Shown here one piece after another: positions 11,001 to 25,523 of a DNA stretch of 64,000 nucleotides. Both the position numbers and the translations under genes were made by a program. The stretch is from Octopus sinensis. Taxonomy: Eukaryota. The stretch's first letter is position 1; the number at the start of each line of letters is the position of its first letter. The stretch covers positions 14,632,001 through 14,696,000 of the forward strand of contig NC_043010.1 in NCBI RefSeq assembly GCF_006345805.1. The letters run 5' to 3'. Under the pieces are notes generated by a model, which was not told the origin of the DNA, did not search any database, and saw only the letters and a list, made by a program, of their open reading frames with translations.

Positions 11001-11294
11001 GAAATGAGATGAGAAGAATGTAGAAGAAAGAAAAAGAAACGCCATAGCTAGATCCAAGCGACAAACGCATCGTCGTAGTTGTTTTTCTAAGAGAACACTT
11101 ACTTAAGAGAGCGACAGAAAGGGAGATTATTCTGCGAAAGGACAGTAGCTGCTTTCTCAAATTAGTTATTGGACATTAATGTTGATTGCAGAGATTATAT
11201 TTTCCTCAATATTATCTAACTGGGCATTGGCCCGAGGCATAGGTCTTGAAAAAAATTCTTGTTAACACACACGCCACAAACGTGCGCGCATGTG

Positions 11295-11990
<696 letters not shown>

Positions 11991-12368
11991 TATTTGGCAC
12001 AGCTTTACTCAATTTACGTTGTTTTTGCGAAAAGTATAATTACATCTTTATATTTTAACAAATTCTCAAACTTTGTGATTCCTCCTGAAACCATTTGAAA
12101 TTTCATTTTTAGTTCCGATTTCTGATTCAGTTTCAGATGCCAGCTGACTTAACGACCAATACACCATAGTCAAACACACAGACTATCATTCCGTTTCTGC
12201 TCCAAGCTTTCTGTTCAATCGATTTACACATCTATATATCCTTTCATTAAAATGGCAGCTGTGTCTGATAGAGCAAGGTGATCGTTTACATACAACATAC
12301 ATACATTCTTCATAAATACATATAGAAATGACGGCCTGAGATAAATATAAAACAACATCCATGGCATA

Positions 12369-12404
<36 letters not shown>

Positions 12405-12539
12405 CAAAGGAAGATATATACAAAGGAAGATAGGGGTTATGAGGGTGTCCCTATTTATATAATTAATAAATAATATGAAATTGTAATATCTGTAAGTTGA
12501 TGATCGAAATGAATTTGTTCCTCCATTTTCTTATTTGTA

Positions 12540-12628
<89 letters not shown>

Positions 12629-12847
12629 AACCCTCGGTATCCCCTACCGAGAAAGACAGACGTCTAAGTAACTTCTGGGGAAAGACACTGAGCGAACAAA
12701 GATTTTTTTTATACTTTTTGCCATAAACGAGAATTTCTTCCCCACATAATTGCGGTGAATTTGGATTTAGAAGTTAAAATGTATCAAACATATTTTAACT
12801 AACCTAATGTGTTCGTTCCTATTTCTGTATGTGTGTGTGTGTGTGTG

Positions 12848-12917
<70 letters not shown>

Positions 12918-13010
12918 GTTACATTTACTCAATAGTCATATTATTTTATAAATTTCCTATTTACATAATATTGAGGTCTCTTTCTTTCTTTTGTTATCTT
13001 ACCGTTTTTG

Positions 13011-13091
<81 letters not shown>

Positions 13092-13320
13092 TCGCCAGAA
13101 AGAATATGGAATATTTCCATCAGAACTTTTACTAAGTGCCAAAAAAAAAAATCACCTGATAGTTTTGGGGAAAAAGTTCTGGCGAATTCCTGGAGCCTAA
13201 AATAATTCCATAAATGCCTAACAAGGCACAAAGTGCATAAACTAAACAGGCAATCATAGATTCCAGAATGAAATTGAACCTGGTTTCACAGAAAAAAACT
13301 GTCACAAAAAAAACTGGGGT

Positions 13321-13725
13321 ACTCTTTACTCTTTTACTTGTTTCAGTCATTTGACTGCGGCCATGCTGAAGCACCGCCTTTAGTCGAGCAAATCGACCCC
13401 GGGACTTATTCTTTGTAAGCCCAGTACTTATTCTATCGGTCTCTTTTGCCGAGCCGCTAAGTGACGGGGACGTAAACACACCAGCATCGGTTGTCAAGCA
13501 ATGCTAGGGGGACAAACACAGACACACAAACACACACATATATATACATATACATATATACGACAGGCTTCTTTCAGTTTCCGTCTACCAAATCCACTCA
13601 CAAGGCATTGGTCGGCCCGGGGCTATAGCAGAAGACACTTGCCCAAGATGCCACGCAGTGGGACTGAACCCGGAACCATGTGGTTGGTTAGCAAGCTACT
13701 TACTACACAGCCACTCCTGCGCCTA
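13321..13725 (-). mobile_element. SINE family A, full length
   Basis: The minus strand begins AGGCGCAGGAGTGGCTGTG, has B-box-like GGTTCAGTCCC and CORE-like CATCTTGGGCAAGTGTCTTC, and ends GTAAAAGAGTAAAGAGT. Confidence 0.85.
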
Positions 13726-14399
13726 CAATTATCTTTGCTTATAAAGATTTGCAAAGGTCCAGCCAATTTGTTAGAGTTTCACAGTTTGGCTGATAACACC
13801 TAGCTTCCACCATTTGGACAATGGACTTCATCCTGACCTTACAGAGCAGCATCCAAAACTGTCTGTTTACCTGTTTAACTTAACATTATACTATAAAACG
13901 TTTCTATTGTTTTTATAATTTCCTAACAATATAAATACTTACATATATACATACATACATACATGAACGCACACACACACACACATTTTTAACTGAATCA
14001 TTAGGTGATAGGAATGTAAACAAAATAACATCGGCTATCGTGTGGTGAGAGATAAAAACAAAGACACACACAAGGACATTCACACACGAGCTTCCATACA
14101 GTCTCCGTCAAAAAAAAATTCAGGCTCAAGGCATTGGTTGGCTCGGGACTGAATCCGAAACCATATGGCTCTCTTTCTCTTTTCATAAAACATACATACA
14201 TACATACATACATACATGCATGCATTAACATATGTGCTTGTGTGTGTATATATACATGTGTGTATGCATGTGGGTGTATATATGTATATATAATTTATGC
14301 ATTGTTACTTTGGTAAATCGTTTTGTTTGGTGTTACTTTCCAATAAATATTTTCGTTCCTTGGGGGGAAAAGTCCTTTTCTAATGTCCATCCCAGCACT

Positions 14400-15260
14400 G
14401 TATTTTCATCTCTAATTAACTGTGAATACTCTCGGTTTAACATACACAACGTAGAACGCGTCAAATTTAGAGAAGTGTCAAGTTCATTCTTGACACCGCT
14501 CGAAGTTAATATCATTCGTGACGTCAAGTGTCCCCGTCCCAGAGATCTCGGCATTGTGACAGGCAAAAAACATTGATTTGATATGAAGATGAAATCAATA
14601 CCAAATGATTCGAGAGGATTTTTAACCTGATACAAACTCCCATCGTTATTTAACTCAGGTCAACCGCGTTAGATAGCCAAAAACCATTCTAACTTTTCAT
14701 TTTCAAACACAGGCAACAAATGCGGGACCCCACGACCTGGATAATTCCCGTAAGCAAACACCTAGACCAATGCCCCGTAAACATAAACCTGAAATCCCAA
14801 ATTTCTCCTCTTTATCAATGCACCGGAAACACTTCAACCCAATTCCGTTTGAATAAAGAAGGGATACAAACCATAGGTAAATATCCTTTAGAAAGACGAA
14901 AAAACACTAAAACGAAAGAGGAAAAAAGACTCAATTTCTCCATACAAATACAACAGATATAATTAAAAAAGAAAACTTTAGTAACAGTCTTTCTCCATAA
15001 AAAAAAAACAAAAAAAAAAACAAGCAGATACAACAGACATAATTTCGAAACCACAGGGAAGTGAACCAGGCAGAACAACAATCCTGACCACCAGAAAACT
15101 AAGACGTCATCAATACTTTAACGAATCAAAAATCAGATACGTTTATGCAAAAAAATTATAAATGCACTGGATTCCAAAAAAAATGCCGTTACAAGCGAAA
15201 ATCCCTGAACGCGACGGAAAAAGAATCATAGAAACTGTAACAAAACCCTTTCTTTTACTA
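14400..15260 (+). mobile_element. Possible Penelope-like element RT remnant
   Basis: Frameshift-joined LISFVTS...PRDLGI (14505-14555) resembles the PLE RT motif LVSFDVxSLYTNIPxDLG. Later RKLRRHQYFN resembles YRKPTxxxQYL. Very decayed. Confidence 0.35.
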
Positions 15261-15622
15261 TCTTCATTTCTCCCTTATTTTCCTACCTCTTTACTCAGTA
15301 TGACCAAAACTTTGATGATCCACGTTTCTTATCGATCACTTCTAACGCTATTGAATTTTGTGCGTTCAAACAAGATGATATACGGTTTTTATATTATTGA
15401 ATGTTATGAACATTTGAATCATTTTTGATATTATTGAATCTTGTAAACATCGAATCTTTTAAACATGTTTTTCTAATTCACAATTTTAAATGTTTACCAT
15501 TGATAAACAAAATATCGTTGAAACTAGTTTGGTACGTATGTAAATAAATTTACTTTAAAACAATTACCAGCTTTTCAAATTTAGGTGATTTTTCAACAAC
15601 AAATATACCTATATATATATAT

Positions 15623-16021
15623 ACTCATTTACTCTTTTACTTGTTTCAGTCATTTGACTGTGGCCATGCTGGAGCACCGCCTTTAGTCGAGGAAATCGAC
15701 CCCAGGACTTATTCTTTGCAAGCCTAGTACTTATTCTATCGGTCTCTTTTGCCGGTAAGTCACGGTGACGTAAACACACCAGCATCGGTTGTCAAGCGAT
15801 GTTGGGGGGACAAACAGACACGCAAACATACACACGCACATATATATACATATATACGACGGGCTTCTTTCAGTTTCCGTCTACCAAATCCACTCACAAG
15901 GCTTTGGTCGGCCCGAGGCTATAGTAGAAGACACTTGCCCAAGGTGCCACGCAGTGGGACTGAACCCGGAACCATGTGGTTGGTAAGCAAGCTACTTACC
16001 ACACAGCCACTCCTACGCCTA
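15623..16021 (-). mobile_element. SINE family A, full length
   Basis: Near-identical to 13321-13725 and 32937-33344. Confidence 0.85.
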
Positions 16022-16068
16022 TATATATATACACGTATATATACATACATGACTAAACGCACACACAC

Positions 16069-16122
<54 letters not shown>

Positions 16123-16665
16123 TATGTCTGTCTGTGTGTAGGATTGTAGTGTACGATGTATCCATCACATTTTAAAGACGGTTTAGGGATTTACGAGAAT
16201 TCGAGTGTTATATATATTAGGTAGATCGTCATTTTGCAGGTGTCCTGGTCGTCAAGTAATTGGTTAATTTAACTTCCTGTTGATCACATTTGTAATTAAG
16301 GACACCATTGGTTAGTTTGGCTCAGGATGGATCGGATTGGCCAACTATGATACTGACCAATTCTATTGACCACTTCAGCAGCTAGGCCGACATACATATA
16401 TATACACTTAAGTATGTATATACATAGAAAATATGAGTAACAAAGAGGTAAAAGTATCAATTCATTACGGCCGTTTCTAACGACTTCTTTAATCGATTGA
16501 GAACATTACATTATTGCAAAGAAACCGTTTTCGTTAGAGGAATTCATAAAGAACAGTTCAACTTATTTAACATAGTTAACAAATGCATACATACATGTGT
16601 GTGTGTGTGTGTGTGTGTACTAAAGTATTTGTATGTATGCGTATACATATATATATGTATATATG

Positions 16666-16701
<36 letters not shown>

Positions 16702-17040
16702 GTATAATGTAATACATACACGTTTTTATACATATATACATACATACATTATACATTATATATATATATAATACATACACGTGTTTATACATATATATAT
16801 ACATACATTATACATTATATATATATATTTATATAATACATTATATATATATATGTATATACACACAAACATATGTATCCATATGTATATATAATTACGT
16901 ACACATATGTGTTTGTATGCACACACAAAAAGTAACTTTTGCTGCCAAATAGGCTGTTTAGAGATATGTATGTTTCTATATCTATATGTGCGTATGTATG
17001 TATGTAAGTATATATGTATATGTGTGTGTGTATGTGTGTG

Positions 17041-17076
<36 letters not shown>

Positions 17077-17586
17077 CATCTTGCATGCATATTTGTGTGT
17101 GTGTGCGTGTGTATTCATAGCGAGAGAGAGAAACAAAGAGAGAGAGACTTATTTAAGTATATATACATGCTTGCGTGCGCGTGTATAGGTGTGTGTGTGT
17201 GTATGTGTGTGTGTGTTTGATAAGACACATTCCATGTGTAGAGTGGACGAGGGAATTTAGCTAAATTCAATAATGTTTTCAGATCGATCTTCGATTTGCA
17301 CTTAAGTCACTCTCACTCGACTGTTGAGGGATGACTAAGTTGTTGCTGATTAAGATCGTGATGATGATGATGATAATGGTGATGACAAACATGATGATAA
17401 TACTGGTAATGATGATGATGATGATAATGGTCGTGTCGATTCTGATGATGATGATGATGATGGAGGTGATAGCGGAGGTAGAATCCTTTCAGCCGTAACG
17501 ATCTTTTTTGAATTTTCCTTTCTTCAAGATGGTGACATTTGCAGTTGATAGATTTGGTTGACACATCTAACAGGTCAAGCGACTAT

Positions 17587-17633
<47 letters not shown>

Positions 17634-18199
17634 TGTTGTTGTTGTTGTTGTCGTTGTTGTTTGTTGTGAGCGGACAAGTATACAAAACTCAAGCTTGGAA
17701 CGTGATTTTTACCAGATTACCAAATGGAAAAAACCATTTCTTTGATTCTTTTCACTAATAGAAGGTCTTTCGGAATATTTAAACTTCTATCCCATTTCCT
17801 GGGGAGAGGAATCGCTAAACATTGTCCCTAAATGTATTTAAAGTTTTACACAGTAGCCATTTGTATTGTTTGTAGTTCAAAATGTCCGCCTGTGTGGTGG
17901 CGGCGACAAATTCTAACCACAATAAAAGCAAACGTCCCAACACTGAATACAATCAGTGAATTTTGTAAATACGAAAACGAACTTCAAAAATATAAATAGA
18001 AAACATGACAATGCAGTAGGCAGTCACGGTTTCAAACACAAACGTTGGTAATTATAAATTTAAAGCAAGAGAAAATGATAAAACATTGGCGTAAATGACA
18101 AAAAAAAAAACAACTTTTAACCGTAACGGAAGCACCATAAAAAACAACTGTTCTTTTACTAGCGTAGCTAATTAATGGGTCGTAATAGACATGAGTAAT

Positions 18200-18700
18200 A
18201 TTCAGGGAAAACAAAAATGTGGGAAGGTCATGGCAAGAAGGAAGGGCCTCTTTACTCGAGACTGTTACCCAAGAACGATCTAAAAGGAAGTCGATATAAC
18301 TTTGTTTTACCAGAATGTTCGCAGTGTTGCAGGAGGTATTTCCTTAAAACAAAATATATAGAGTGGTTGTCTACTGTCAACTTAACGTGACAGTCCTATA
18401 AGGGAATTGCACCACCGCTGTTTAGCCCTAGGAAGCATCGACGCTTCCTGTCGGCCTTGACACATTTCCTGTGTCCTTATATAGAATTATCTGCTTGTTA
18501 TTTATAACTGGTGGTGATGGGAGACGGACAGCAGAGGTCGTATGCCACTTTTTTACCCATTGGATAATGCTGCAATACAATGGTAGGATGGTACTATGGC
18601 ATTTTGTCAGGCTACATCGCATTGAAACATATTTTCTTCGAAATGACTTTTTATTAAAACGAATCTTCACAGAATAATTTTGTGCATATAACACTTTATA
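18200..18700 (-). mobile_element. Possible decayed Tc1/mariner-superfamily transposase remnant
   Basis: ORF 18428-18694 KKSFRRKY...SIIQWVKKWHTTS...YKDTGNVSRPTGS resembles the N-terminal HTH region. Downstream LPSCHDL loosely resembles WPPRSPDL. Confidence 0.28.
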
Positions 18701-18967
18701 GAATTTTTTTGTTTCTCAACAGTAACACAATCATCCTGTTGACATCAAATTTTGAGATCAACCAATCAGGCTATACGATACAAAATTCATTAGATCTTCT
18801 AGGTCTGGTCGATAACGACTATTTCTGCTTATAACCGAAATGGAGTCTGCGTTAAGTAGAAGGGGAGCCCATAATTTTTTAGACGGAAGCAACAAAACCA
18901 TCACCGATGCCATATATTGAAGATATAGCACGTACTCAATATGTGGGAGCCGAATATCTGTTGATAG

Positions 18968-19280
18968 TGGAGGCACATGGCCTAGTGGTTAGAGCAGCGG
19001 CCTCGCGATCGAGAAATCGCGGGTTCGAATCTCAGACCGAGCGATGTGTGTGTTTATGAGCGAAACACCTAAACTCCACGCGGCTCCGGCAGAAGGTAAT
19101 GGCGAAACGTCTGCTGACTCTTTCGCCACAACTTTCTCTCACTCTTTCCTCCTGCATCTTGCAGCTCACCTGCAACGGACCGGCGTCCCGTCCAGGTGGG
19201 GAACCTATACGCCAAAAAAACCGGGAAACCGGCTCTTATGAGCCATGTGTGGCTCGAGAAGGAACAAACAACAACAATAC
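18968..19280 (+). mobile_element. SINE family C (tail type 1) with 10-bp TSD
   Basis: A-box TGGCCTAGTGG (18978) and B-box GGTTCGAATC (19022). TSD CTGTTGATAG at 18958-18967 and 19281-19290, with an (AAC)n tail. Confidence 0.9.
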
Positions 19281-20079
19281 CTGTTGATAGAAATGAAATT
19301 CAGAATCAGCCAACAAACCCCAATTACACATCGAAGCAAAAACGACAGAATAGAAAATGCAGGTTGCAGCCGATCATTGAATTTTTGGTGTAAGCATAAG
19401 GCTTCAGTGGTCTAATGAGTTATCTTCCCTTTCTTGCAGTCATTTGCGAGCATACAATTGTATAATGCTGAAAAGACATTAATGCAAACATGTACGCATA
19501 ATTTCTTCAATATTAAGAAGAATACATGAAGAAGACTACGAAACAGCCGTAACCTATGGATGTCGCGTGGATAAATAAATATATATTCAGATATCATACA
19601 TTCTGATTTTGTGGGGTTTTGTACTCCTCGTGAAATATCTTCATCGAACGGATCTTCTGGACTTTCAGTTCCATGGACACGCTACAGTACACTTCTTTGT
19701 AACTGATTATTATGTGGACTGATAGCTGAGGTCCGTAAGAGGAGCTTACTGTGATGGCCGCAAGATTATCTGAATTCACATTTTAAACTATTCATTTATG
19801 TATGCATGTATGTATATATGTATGCATGTATGAATGTATGTAAACGCACACACGCGAGTGTGTGTGTGTGTGTGTGTGTTTGCGAGACTTTCTACACTAT
19901 ACTAAACAATAGCAGACCACAGACGTCTGCTCCGTATTTCTGCATCCTCAACAACACCTGTCCACTTTCTGTAGGGAGAGTGGCAGCAAGATAGAAAAGT
20001 GAGATCGATACCCACCCTACCTCAGCTTTCACATAGCATCACTCACAACATCTAGCTGCAGTCATTAACACAAACACAT

Positions 20080-20230
20080 AAACACCACCACCGCAACTAC
20101 CACCACCACCACTGCTAGTGCCACCACCACCACCACCACCACCACCACCACCACAATATCCACATTTCACGATAATCACATGAATATCACTAATATCTAC
20201 CTTACCGATCATTAAACCTCTACAACAACA

Positions 20231-20263
<33 letters not shown>

Positions 20264-20483
20264 GCCGCTACTACTACTACTACTACTGCCGCTACTACTA
20301 CTACTACTGCCGCTACTACTACTACTACTGCCGCTACTACTACTACTACTGCCGCTACTACTACTACTACTGCCGCTACTACTACTACTGCTGTCGCTAC
20401 TACTACTACTACTGCCGCTACTACTACTACTACTGCCGCTACTACTACTACTGCCGCTACTACTACTACTGCCGCTACTACTG

Positions 20484-20523
<40 letters not shown>

Positions 20524-21054
20524 CATTCAAACTCGTTATAACTCTTAGCACAAGATTTTCTCTCCCACCACCACCTTCTCTTAAACCCTCTACCACCTCC
20601 ACCACACTATCATCGGAACCACCCCCGCGACCACCGTTATAATCATCACTATTATCAATGCAAAGAGCATCTCCATCCATCATTCACACCTGCAGCTTCA
20701 AACACTTCCACCACTGCCACCACCGATTCCTCCTCCTCCTCCACCACCACCACCATCATCACAACAAACTCACACACACACACGCATACAATGACATACT
20801 CGCGCGCGCGCAATTACCACCTTACCCCCCTAGACAACATCCCCCCAGAAATACAACATAGCTACCGCCGTCACCACCACCCCACCACCACCACCACCAC
20901 ATCATACCATCGGCCCCGCCCCCACCAATCGATAACAAAGCTAATCAAAGACAGAAAATGGCAAGAGACAATGGCAGCGAAAGGAGACGGCAGCCATCAT
21001 AGACTTCGGATCAATACTGTCACCGCCATTGCTGCTGATGCTGCTGTTGTTATT

Positions 21055-21091
<37 letters not shown>

Positions 21092-21640
21092 TAGTAGTAG
21101 TGGTAGTAGTAGTGGTAGTAGTAGTAGTTATTGTTGTTGTTGGTGTTGTTGTTGCTATTCTTCTGTTGGTGGCGGCGGAAGTGGTAGCGGTGGTGATACT
21201 ATCCAAGTTGCTGCTGTAGGTCAAGATGATGATGATGATGATGGTGGTGATGATGATGACGATAATGATGATGATGATGAGGAGAAAGAAGCGGATGGGG
21301 GAGATCGAGGACGGAGAGGGGGATTGTTACGAACGATGACGATGATGATGATGATGATGACAATACTGTTTTTGTTGCGATTATTGCTTTGACGGATGTA
21401 GTGGTGTTGGTGTTGTTTTGTTGTTGTTGTTGGCGGTGGTGGTGATAGTAGTGACGGCTGTAGTAGTTGTTGTTGTGTTGGGGGTAGTATTTGTGGTGGT
21501 GGTGGTGGTGGTGGTGCTGGTAGTTTTCCATTTCTATATTCCATTGATGTTAACAATATGGCTTTGGCGTTGTTATGATTGTTATTGTTGTAGTTGTTGA
21601 TATTACAGCTGCAATTATTATTGTTTTTGTTGTTCAATTT
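20080..21640. repeat. Cluster of trinucleotide arrays (CAC, TAC with GCC interruptions, GTA, GAT, GTT, GTG)
   Basis: Direct reading. Source of the poly-S/V/T/H ORFs. Confidence 0.9.
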
Positions 21641-21854
21641 GCGGCTGCCTTACTATTATTTCAAGATTGCCGCCCCTAGTGACATACTTTGTTCTCAACA
21701 TCATCGTTAGGGGGCGCACCGCCTGATTTTCATAAGTTAGTGGAGAGAAAAAAAATAGAAGAAAGCACTTAATGAAGTAAAACATGTTTAAACATTCATC
21801 GATGTGTACAACACACATTCACGAACACACACATAACGAACACAACTGACACAC

Positions 21855-21904
<50 letters not shown>

Positions 21905-22199
21905 ACGTACGCGTGTACACAAACGTTAGTTGTGATTCGCTCAACGTAGTTGTTATACCTGCTTCAAATTTCTCATTAAGGAAAAGCATAAACATCAAAA
22001 ATGCATAAATGAGATGAGGGTGGATGGGCAGAATCTGGTTAGGATGAAGGGCGAATTTCAAGAGCTGAGAACTTGTAGGAATATATTCCTACAAGTCTTT
22101 AATCTTATGTCTTCAATTTTACAAATTTCTACGAAGCTTTGTATTGAGTTACCGTTTTAGTCTTCGGGTTTACATAAGATAGATACAAACAACAACAAC

Positions 22200-23500
22200 A
22201 CAATATCCCAGAATGCATTTTCAGTACCGGTGTTGATCCCAACATTTGGGATACTTGATTGGTCTGTAGGGGAAATCCACTTCTAGATATCAAAACCCAC
22301 AAAATCCTGACAACAACTGGGAACTTCCACAGAAACAGTGATGTCAACAGGCTCTACCTAAGAAGAAATGAACGTGGTAGAGGCCTGAGATCAGTGCAAA
22401 CGGCCTTCGAATGCCGTATGGTATAACTAAGGCAGCACCTGCTAAGCAATAACAGCAAAAATAAATATATTAATGCAATACTGAAAAGTGAAGTGAGCAA
22501 CATTGTACGAGTTTGCAGTGAACTCCTCAAGAAACACTCTCTTCCTGATGATCTCCTATACAGCCCCAAAACAGCGGGGCTCCTTTACCTCAGAGGATAC
22601 CTGGATGGAAAGCACTCAGCATACAAAAAAAAAAAGACTATGCATGGATATGTTGCCCGGAAGCTTAAAGAAGACAGTAGAATTGTCACGAAGCGCAGCC
22701 TCTCTTGGACACAAGATCACTACATCACACTTTGAAGGCTATGCGTTTGTAGTCCCGGAACGGGAGATTGCCACAAAGTACCTGGTGAACAAGCGAGACA
22801 GTGACGATCTTGTAATCCCAAGGTGCAACCGCATGTGTAGGCTATGTCATGTTTCTGTGGAAGACATCACGCATGTGATTAGCAGCTGTCCTAAAATGTC
22901 GTCACGGTACTATCTCCCTATGCGGCACGATGTTGTTGCTAAAACAATTTACAATGCCATCCGCAAAAAGCACTGACCTGAAATAAACTTAGAAAATCCC
23001 TCTGTTATGGAATACATTCATAAACACCAACCCAAGAAATACTGGTGGAATATTCCCATCAAAACATTTGTCAAATGTAAACATAACAGGCCGTATATTG
23101 TTGTTTGGGACAGAGGGGCAAAGGTATGTACCATCATGGAGGTCAGCTACCCTGCAGATATAAATATCTCTTTGAAAATCAAAGAAAAAGAGGATATCTA
23201 TGGATAGCTGCTTCGAAACTTCCAGCTTCTATATTCAGACTATGAATTCATATTCATACCAATAATAATTGAAGCACTAGGTTTTGTTAGTAAATACTTA
23301 AAAAAGAGAATTTGGATAAACTGGGATTTTCAGAAAGAGAAATCAATCAGCCAATTCGTACAAAACTTTTCTCAAATTCCAAATGTGAATTTGTTTGTGT
23401 TAACTACATCCCAAAGATCGAGACAGGTATCTTTGTTGGAAACCGGCTCCCTCTTCAGTGGAAGATTTATAATAATTAGAAAATAGAAGATACATACATA
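22200..23500 (+). mobile_element. R4/Dong-clade LINE 3' half (third family) with (TACA)n tail
   Basis: NAFSVPVLIPTFGILDW, NFHRNSDVNRLYLRRNERGRGL, CRLCHVSVEDITHVISSCPKMSSRYYLPMRHDVVAK (CCHC finger, ORF 22503-22976), KHNRPYIVVWD..IMEVSYPAD (RLE, ORF 23007-23207). Confidence 0.85.
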
Positions 23501-23709
23501 CACACACATACTTACATACATACATACATTACATTACATACATACATGCATAAGAAATCCAGCACTATAGCAGAAGTGAAGAGAAAATCGAAGGAAATCT
23601 TAAAGGATTGATGAAATTGAAAAGGTAATATTTATTTCAAATTTTGGGACAAATACCAGCAATTTTAGAGACAAGGCTTAGTCAATTAGGGGCATGTATT
23701 ATATGATAA

Positions 23710-23800
23710 CATCATCCCCAGTACTTGACTAGTACTTTATTTTATTGATTCTAAAAGTATGAAAGGCAAAGCTGACCTCAGTTGGATTTGAACTCAGAAA
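23710..23800 (-). mobile_element. SINE family B, degenerate fragment
   Basis: ATGAAAGGCAAAGCTGACCTCAGTTGGATTTGAACTCAGAA matches the B consensus. Confidence 0.55.
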
Positions 23801-23864
23801 TCCTACACACTAGAAATCCTACCCACATAAATCCTGCCAGGAGTAAGACCGAACCTCAGTCAAA

Positions 23865-24550
23865 TCAATAATAATAATAATAATAACAACAATAATAATG
23901 ATAACAATAATAATGATACTACTACTAATAATAATGATAATAATAATAATAATAATGATAATAATAATAATAATGATAATAATGATGATGATAATAATAA
24001 TGATGATGATAATAATAATGATGATGATAATAATAATGATGATAATAATAATGATGATAATAATATTGATGATGATAATAATAATGACGATGATAATAAT
24101 GATGATAATAATAATGATGATAATAATAATGATGATAATAATAATGATAATAATAATAATGATAATAATAATGATGATAATAATAATGATGATAATAATA
24201 ATAATGACGATGATAATAATAATGATGATGATAATAATAATGATGATATAATAATGATGATAATAATATTGATGATGATAATAATAATGACGATGATAAT
24301 AATGATGATAATAATAATGATGATAATAATAATGATGATAATAATAATGATATAATAATAATGATGATAATAATAATGATGATAATAATAATGATGATAA
24401 TAATAATAATGACGATGATAATAATAATGATGATGATAATAATAATGATGATAATAATAATAATAACAATAACAATAATAATAATAAACGCGAATACAAA
24501 GGACGCCATGACAATGTGGCAATAAATAATAATAATAAAAATAATAATAA
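23865..24550. repeat. ~690 bp (TAA/TGA)n compound microsatellite
   Basis: Direct reading. Confidence 0.97.
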
Positions 24551-24557
24551 ATTCTGG

Positions 24558-25149
24558 TTTTATTGGCCACAAGGGCTAACATAAATCAAAAAACATGTAA
24601 GTACAAACGCAGGACGAAGAGTAGAAAGGGTTTTGCAAAAAAGAAAGGTCCGTGTAAACATTCAAATAACAACGAAAAATATAATAAATAAAACTCCCAA
24701 TAGGTGGGGAGGCGCTTTGAAAGGTTACTCGAGGAAAAAACCCATAAAAGCCACGGGAGCCTGGTCAAAAAAGGGGTAGAGAGCCCTTTCTCCTTTTATA
24801 TTAACTTTTTTTTTTACAGGTGTAACCTCAGAATTGGTTCGTTCATACTAGCCATTTTACCGACATTCACCCACTTTTCAATAACTTTGCTACTAGACAG
24901 CACTTCCCTCTCTAATTTCATCTTCCTTTTCAAGTGGAACTTGAAAAAGTTGATGAGGCCTTGACCAAAGAGGAAAGTGTCTGACTTTAGCCCTTTCAAA
25001 TGGGTCAACCATACCACCTCTTTCACTACAGCCACTAGACAAAGGAAAATTGCCTTGCCCTCCCGGTTAAAGGAGGTCGGCGGGGTAATCTTCACTATGG
25101 TTTCAGCTGATAGCCGGATCAGTCCTATACACGACAGTAGCTGTTCGAC
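24558..25149 (-). mobile_element. Tx1/L1-clade LINE 3' end (ORF2 C-terminus plus 3' UTR)
   Basis: VEQLLSCIGLIRLSAETIVKITPPTSFNREGKAIFLCLVAVVKEVVW...FHLKRKMKLEREVLS (ORF 24814-25095). Homologous to 36224-36570, 56690-57140 and 63281-63545. Confidence 0.85.
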
Positions 25150-25434
25150 AAAAGGGGCTGATTGCTACCTAGTTCAGATACCAGCAAATCCAAAAATAGC
25201 AGAATAAAAAAAAAAAATAGTGCTCATGGGAACTGCCCATACCCTACGTAAAAAACGGCCTATGTAATCTCAAATTTGAAAACAAACAATTTTCTTAGAA
25301 GAATATTTTGTGCAAAACCAAGTATGTGGTACCCTAGTCATAACACCAACTTAAACTTCTAACTTGATGTGTCTTGAGGTCACTGGGTGAGACTTGGAGT
25401 CAAATTGTACAAATACGAAGCAAAAGTCATACAT

Positions 25435-25436
<2 letters not shown>
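25150..25436 (+). mobile_element. R4-type LINE extreme 3' end (same family as 181-1810)
   Basis: KGADCYLVQIP..IVLMGTAH plus the same 3' UTR, followed by (TAA)n(GAA)n. Confidence 0.85.
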
Positions 25437-25511
<75 letters not shown>

Positions 25512-25523
25512 AAGAAGAAGAAG

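Noticed and set aside
18968-19040. tRNA-like sequences with A and B boxes
   Set aside because: They continue directly into SINE bodies with tails and TSDs and lack a complete cloverleaf or acceptor stem, so they are SINE heads rather than tRNA genes.
19290-19790. Unique AT-rich segment with short ORFs and an acceptor-like TTTCTTGCAG
   Set aside because: No recognisable motif in any frame, so it cannot be assigned.
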